Assembly: GCA_946537195.1 (NCBI GenBank) | Contig: CAMNFE010000001.1 | Span: 4,435 to 68,434, forward strand | Reading direction: 5' to 3' | Origin: an uncultured Candidatus Saccharibacteria bacterium | Lineage (GTDB): Bacteria; Patescibacteriota; Saccharimonadia; Saccharimonadales; Saccharimonadaceae | Length of the DNA stretch: 64,000 bases | Notes under the pieces: model-generated | What the model was told of the DNA's origin: nothing | Databases searched by the model: none | What the model saw: only the letters and a program-made list of their open reading frames with translations | Shown here: in pieces, positions 60,066 through 64,000 of the stretch | Layout of the letters: the number at the start of each line of letters is the position of its first letter | Numbering within the stretch: position 1 is the stretch's first letter | Program-made: the position numbers and the translations under genes

Positions 60066-60869
60066 CTATTCTACGTTAACGCCCTTCTTGAAAATTCTTC
60101 GGGCGCCAAGAAAGAGCCCAATGTTGAGAATTGTGTAGATTACGTCGCAAACTAAAACTAGCGAACGATAACTACTAAAGCTAAGGCTATTATCTGGGTT
60201 GTTACTAAACATAGCCTTAATACTATCGTCAAAGAACCCGATGGCATAGATAGTTGCAAGCAAAACAACTTGCAATGCGAAATAGAGACCTATGCCAACA
60301 ATAGCCGAATATGCTGTGCGGTTATTATTCGAACGATGTCCGACAACAATACCAAATATGCCGACAGCTACAATATAAATTACTTCCAAAACTGCAGTGA
60401 TAATTATGCCGCATAAAATGAAACCCATATCTTTATATGCGATAAGATTATGAAAATACTGATACAAATCATCGTCCCAAAACGCAATAAAGAAACAAGC
60501 AATTACTACGGCGGTTGAACATAAAGTCACAAGAAGCCCGGAAATAATTTTACCGTCATAAAGTTGACCTTTGGTAACCGGCAAAGTATGCGCGAGATAC
60601 GCTTCGTCTTTGTAGCAATTTTGACGAAAGCGTGCCCAAACACGAATAGCAGCATTAATAATAGTATTAGCCATAGCCGCAATCGTACAGGCTGGTAATA
60701 TATGACGCATCAAACTACCAATGGCGGAATCGGTGAGACTGTAACTAATGCGCGTAAGAATCGCAAAAATAATCGTCAGTATAAAGAAAATTATCAGCGT
60801 GCGATTCATCCACAAGAAATCATATTTAATTAGCTTTCTTAGCATAGAACATACTCCTAAAAATATCAT
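60066..60869 (-). CDS. ABC-2-type transporter permease-like membrane protein
   Basis: Six hydrophobic helices. It overlaps the upstream ATPase gene; the start may be M9 at 60845. Confidence 0.5.
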   Translation of the reverse strand: MIFLGVCSMLRKLIKYDFLWMNRTLIIFFILTIIFAILTRISYSLTDSAIGSLMRHILPACTIAAMANTIINAAIRVWARFRQNCYKDEAYLAHTLPVTKGQLYDGKIISGLLVTLCSTAVVIACFFIAFWDDDLYQYFHNLIAYKDMGFILCGIIITAVLEVIYIVAVGIFGIVVGHRSNNNRTAYSAIVGIGLYFALQVVLLATIYAIGFFDDSIKAMFSNNPDNSLSFSSYRSLVLVCDVIYTILNIGLFLGARRIFKKGVNVE

Positions 60870-61533
60870 TAATTGACGATTTATGCTTGGCGCGTAATTT
60901 ATCGGCCGAGCCAGTTAGAACAATTTTGCCTTTATCGATAAAAACTACGTCATCCAAAATGCGCTCAACATCAGAGATTAGATGCGTAGAGATAATGACA
61001 CTAGAACCCTCCTTGAAATTAGAAATGATTGTATCGAGAATATGGTCGCGCGTGGCCGGATCAACGCCGCCAAGTGGCTCGTCGAGAATATACAAATCCG
61101 CATCACGCGACATGACTAATATGAGCTGCAATTTTTCTTGCATACCTTTGCTCATTTTGGAAATCTTCATCGATTCGTCTAGGTCGAGATCGTTAATGAG
61201 ATTACGCGCACGCTCGGTATCAAAATCTTGATAGAATTCAGAAAACATTAATAATGCTTGCTGAATCGTCATACTTTTGTCTAAATAAGTACGTTCTGGG
61301 AGATAAGAAATATGCGCTTTTGATTGAACGCCAATTGGCTTATTTTTGAAGAGAATTTTGCCGGAGTCTATCGTCAATAAATCATTTATTAACTTAATTA
61401 ACGTCGACTTCCCTGCGCCATTTTTGCCCAGCAGGCCAATTATTTTTCCTTTCTCAATTTTGAGATTTATGTCGTCTAGCACGACCTTGTGGTCGAAGCT
61501 TTTGCATAAATGTTTACATTCAAGCAAAGCCAT
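60826..61533 (-). CDS. ABC transporter ATP-binding protein
   Basis: Walker A GKNGAGKST, signature MSKGMQEKL, Walker B LYILDEP. Confidence 0.85.
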   Translation of the reverse strand: MALLECKHLCKSFDHKVVLDDINLKIEKGKIIGLLGKNGAGKSTLIKLINDLLTIDSGKILFKNKPIGVQSKAHISYLPERTYLDKSMTIQQALLMFSEFYQDFDTERARNLINDLDLDESMKISKMSKGMQEKLQLILVMSRDADLYILDEPLGGVDPATRDHILDTIISNFKEGSSVIISTHLISDVERILDDVVFIDKGKIVLTGSADKLRAKHKSSINDIFRSMFYAKKAN

Positions 61534-61544
61534 CTGCTACCCTC

Positions 61545-61904
61545 CTATTTTTGTAAATATTTGATAGATTCCGCGCGAGTAATACCAATTTTAGCCATGG
61601 CATCAAAATAGTTCTGGACCAATTCTTTAGCGAGCCCGGATTTGATTTTTTCGAGCCGGCGTTGGTCCTTGGTGACATACTTGCCGTTGGTGCGTTCGGT
61701 AAAAATCAACTGGTCGGATTCGAGCTCGGCTAGAGCTTTCTGCATTGTGTTGGGGTTTACTTTTGCCATAACGGCAAGCTCGCGCACCGACGGGAGTCGA
61801 CTGCCCGCCGGATACGCACCAGACACAATTGCGATCCGAAGTTGTTCGACCAACTGCAAATAGATTGGCCGCTCATTATCGAACTTAAATTGTATTACTT
61901 GCAT
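61545..61904 (-). CDS. GntR family transcriptional regulator (YtrA subfamily, short)
   Basis: Winged-helix PIYLQLVEQLRIAIVSGAYPAGSRLPSVRELAVMAKVNPNTMQKA. I chose the start at ATG 61904 (MQVIQF). It heads the ABC operon, as in ytrA-type units. Confidence 0.8.
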   Translation of the reverse strand: MQVIQFKFDNERPIYLQLVEQLRIAIVSGAYPAGSRLPSVRELAVMAKVNPNTMQKALAELESDQLIFTERTNGKYVTKDQRRLEKIKSGLAKELVQNYFDAMAKIGITRAESIKYLQK

Positions 61905-62084
61905 AGTACAATGGTACAACTAGTAGCACGTGGCTGTCAAATTATTATTCCAGGTCTTTTAGCGTAGCGACGTTACACTCCCATAATGCATAATAGAATG
62001 TATAGCCCCCCTATCTAGTAGCGCCTTTATCTCACCTGGATAGCCGCTGATTTTTTAATCCCAACTATCTATTCGTTGTCAGCG

Positions 62085-62093
62085 TGCTAAAAT
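62085..62093 (+). promoter_or_regulatory. extended -10 promoter (TGCTAAAAT)
   Basis: 26 nt before ATG 62120. A GAGGA RBS is present. Confidence 0.45.
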
Positions 62094-62119
62094 ATAAGCA
62101 TAAACAATGAGGAAAAATA

Positions 62120-62848
62120 ATGGATAATAATACATTCGGAAACGCAGCTCCCGGTACCAATCCGTTATCAAATCAGGCTCCGGAACAGGCTCCAGCGGCG
62201 CCAGAACAAGTAGCTATGCCAGCACAAACAACGGAGCCGGAACCAGTGGCGGCCCCAGTTTCTGCCGTTTCTTCCGACCCAGAACCAGCACAGAGTGCAG
62301 CAGCGCCGATAATTTCTTCTACGCCGGAAACGACGCAAGAAGCCCCAACTACAGTTGCCGCCGACGCAAAGGGAGATGCTAATTATAAAGGCATTTATGG
62401 CTGGCTAATTCTTTTTACCGTGAATGCTTTATTCTATTCGATTAATTGTTTTAGCTCTTTTATGGACTCCTTCGAAGGGTCTACTTGCGTATTATTAGAC
62501 AAAGTTGGCTCTGGTACTTGTGCTGCTTTCAATAATTATGTTTCTCTCAATAATGCCGGGTTTGGCTTTTTGGCTATCCTGAATTTGGCGGTTTTTATTC
62601 TGATAATATTGCGAAAAAAGATTGCCAAAAAAATCGCCATTGCTGCATTAATAGCGGACCCATTAATAACAATTGGGTTAGCTGTTGCACTTAATAATCT
62701 CGCAAACTCGCTAGGAGCACCTTCAGGTACTTTTGATGATCTTACGACGCGATTGAATCTAACGATTGGCCTCACTCTAGCCTATTCTATAGTTTGGACT
62801 TTGTACTTCCTTAAATCAGAGCGCGTAAAAAAGACCTTGGTCAATTAG
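62120..62848 (+). CDS. membrane protein with a Pro/Ala-rich N-terminus and a 4-TM C-terminal domain (DUF2569-like, tentative)
   Basis: ...YKGIYGWLILFTVNALFYSI... followed by three further helices. Confidence 0.4.
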   Translation: MDNNTFGNAAPGTNPLSNQAPEQAPAAPEQVAMPAQTTEPEPVAAPVSAVSSDPEPAQSAAAPIISSTPETTQEAPTTVAADAKGDANYKGIYGWLILFTVNALFYSINCFSSFMDSFEGSTCVLLDKVGSGTCAAFNNYVSLNNAGFGFLAILNLAVFILIILRKKIAKKIAIAALIADPLITIGLAVALNNLANSLGAPSGTFDDLTTRLNLTIGLTLAYSIVWTLYFLKSERVKKTLVN

Positions 62849-62875
62849 AGACATCAAACCCACCACTTTTAATAA

Positions 62876-62884
62876 TGCTATAAT
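62876..62884 (+). promoter_or_regulatory. extended -10 promoter (TGCTATAAT), leaderless ruvB
   Basis: 6 nt between the hexamer and ATG 62891. Confidence 0.55.
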
Positions 62885-62890
62885 ACAGAT

Positions 62891-63892
62891 ATGGCAATTG
62901 AGAGGGTGATTGATACTAGCCTACACGAAGACGACAATGAAGAACGTGCCGTAGAGTATTCTTTGCGCCCAATTAATTTTAATGAATATATTGGTCAGCG
63001 ACGACTTAAGACTAATTTAAAATTGGCAATCGATGCAGCGAAAAAACGCGGTGACGTTTTGGACCACGTGCTTTTATATGGCCCACCAGGACTAGGTAAA
63101 ACTACAATGGCTGGTGTAATTGCGCATGAAATGGGGGCAAACTTTCGCGCCACTTCTGCCCCGTCGATCGAAAAAGCCGGTGACCTTGCAAGTATTCTGA
63201 CAAATCTTACTGACGGCGATATTCTATTCATTGACGAGATTCATCGTTTGCGACGTGCTGTAGAAGAAATATTATATTCCGCAATGGAAGATTACAAACT
63301 CGATATTGTTATCGGCAAAGGACCAGCTGCGCGCAGTGTTAAATTAGACTTACCACGCTTTACTTTAATCGGCGCAACTACACAAGCTGGCAATTTGGCA
63401 GGGCCACTCCGAGATCGTTTTGGTCATTCTTATCGTCTAGAATATTATGCTAATAATGATATTCAAAAAATCATTGAACGCTCAGCAAAAATTTTGGACA
63501 CCAAAATCGAGCCGGACGCGGCTAAGCTTTTAGCAGAACGTTCACGATTGACGCCGCGTATTGCTAACCGATTATTGAAGCGCGTACGCGATTATGCAGA
63601 CGTGAATGGCGATGGAATTATTGATATGCCAGAAGCAAAAGCTGCGCTCAAAATGTTAGAAATTGACGAGCTTGGTCTAGACCCAGCCGATCGCAACATG
63701 TTAACTTTGATGTATGAAAAATATGGCGACAAGCCAGTAGGCTTAAATACGATTGCCGCATTGACAGGCGATGAAGCTTCGACGATTGAGGATTATCTTG
63801 AACCATTCTTAGTACAAATAGGCATGATTCAGCGCACGCCACGTGGACGTGTAGTAACTGAAATTGCAAAGAAACATTTAAGTTTGAATTAA
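62891..63892 (+). CDS. ruvB: Holliday junction branch migration ATPase RuvB
   Basis: [12 protein letters not shown], Walker [10 protein letters not shown], Walker B FIDEIHR, and the RuvB C-terminal winged helix. Confidence 0.95.
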   Translation: MAIERVIDTSLHEDDNEERAVEYSLRPINFNEYIGQRRLKTNLKLAIDAAKKRGDVLDHVLLYGPPGLGKTTMAGVIAHEMGANFRATSAPSIEKAGDLASILTNLTDGDILFIDEIHRLRRAVEEILYSAMEDYKLDIVIGKGPAARSVKLDLPRFTLIGATTQAGNLAGPLRDRFGHSYRLEYYANNDIQKIIERSAKILDTKIEPDAAKLLAERSRLTPRIANRLLKRVRDYADVNGDGIIDMPEAKAALKMLEIDELGLDPADRNMLTLMYEKYGDKPVGLNTIAALTGDEASTIEDYLEPFLVQIGMIQRTPRGRVVTEIAKKHLSLN

Positions 63893-64000
63893 TTATTTTT
63901 TGCGTTTTTGCGTGATTCAATATGATGGCCGCGGACGGTTTTTTGGAGACTCTTTAATTGGCGACTACTCATGTACCAATAAGCCGCACCGCTACATATA

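Noticed and set aside
61880-62030. GTAC-rich partial palindromes (tagtacaatggtacaactagta) and a repeated ctagtagc as candidate YtrA/GntR operators.
   Set aside because: The symmetry is imperfect, and the repeats are short enough to occur by chance. I cannot distinguish them from background without comparative data.
1-64000. Genome-wide UGA reassignment (code 4 Trp or code 25 Gly, as in some CPR lineages) as an explanation for the comEC TGA codons.
   Set aside because: TGA terminates glgB exactly where homology ends. It also forms classic ATGA stop/start overlaps at 50799-50802 and 15723-15726. I found no other gene in the window that needs TGA read-through to be intact.
63889-64000. A minus-strand open frame at the window edge (...[35 protein letters not shown]-stop) whose stop overlaps the ruvB stop.
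   Set aside because: Only 36 codons are visible and they carry no recognisable motif. It is probably the 3' end of a convergent gene, but I cannot support a call.

Overview
This is a dense, roughly 95% coding chromosomal segment with small genes and short intergenic regions. I found no rRNA genes, CRISPR arrays, transposases or integrases. The gene content suggests a reduced-genome Patescibacteria/CPR organism, most plausibly Saccharibacteria (TM7); this placement is inference, not a database result. The supporting traits are a short ComEC without a metallo-beta-lactamase domain, a half-size TsaB, RNase Y, FtsH, MurJ, an LtaS-like enzyme, scattered type IV pilus genes, rubrerythrin, and many Pro/Ala/Glu- or Lys/Ala-rich low-complexity tails. 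Housekeeping genes I recognise are gatB (3' end), galU, murJ, ftsH, dgkA, pgsA, rpsT, rnhA, rny, tsaB, tsaE, metG, rsmA, tilS, recA, recX, yebC, dut, glgB, rimK, rplS, rnhB, ruvB and five tRNAs. The most interesting region is a ~14.7 kb minus-strand block at 16.9-31.6 kb. It holds two tandem paralogous cassettes, each pairing a single-pass charged protein with a ~1350-1425 aa secreted Cys/Asn/Thr/Gly-rich giant protein. These run directly into three prepilin-type pseudopilins and a PilX-like protein. I read this as a candidate pilus-tip or host-adhesion system analogous to PilY1 plus minor pilins, but with no family I can name. Other notable points: (1) comEC is one continuous frame broken only by two in-frame TGA codons. 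(2) A VirB2/TrbC-like two-helix membrane module is shared by two unrelated extracellular enzymes. (3) Promoters follow a regular TGnTAnAAT-N6-ATG leaderless architecture. (4) tRNA promoters sit at a fixed distance from the mature 5' ends. (5) One tRNA is enclosed in a 15-bp helix. (6) A G+C-richer block carries an Actinobacteria-type secreted nuclease and two ORFans. (7) There is an RNase HII-YraN fusion.
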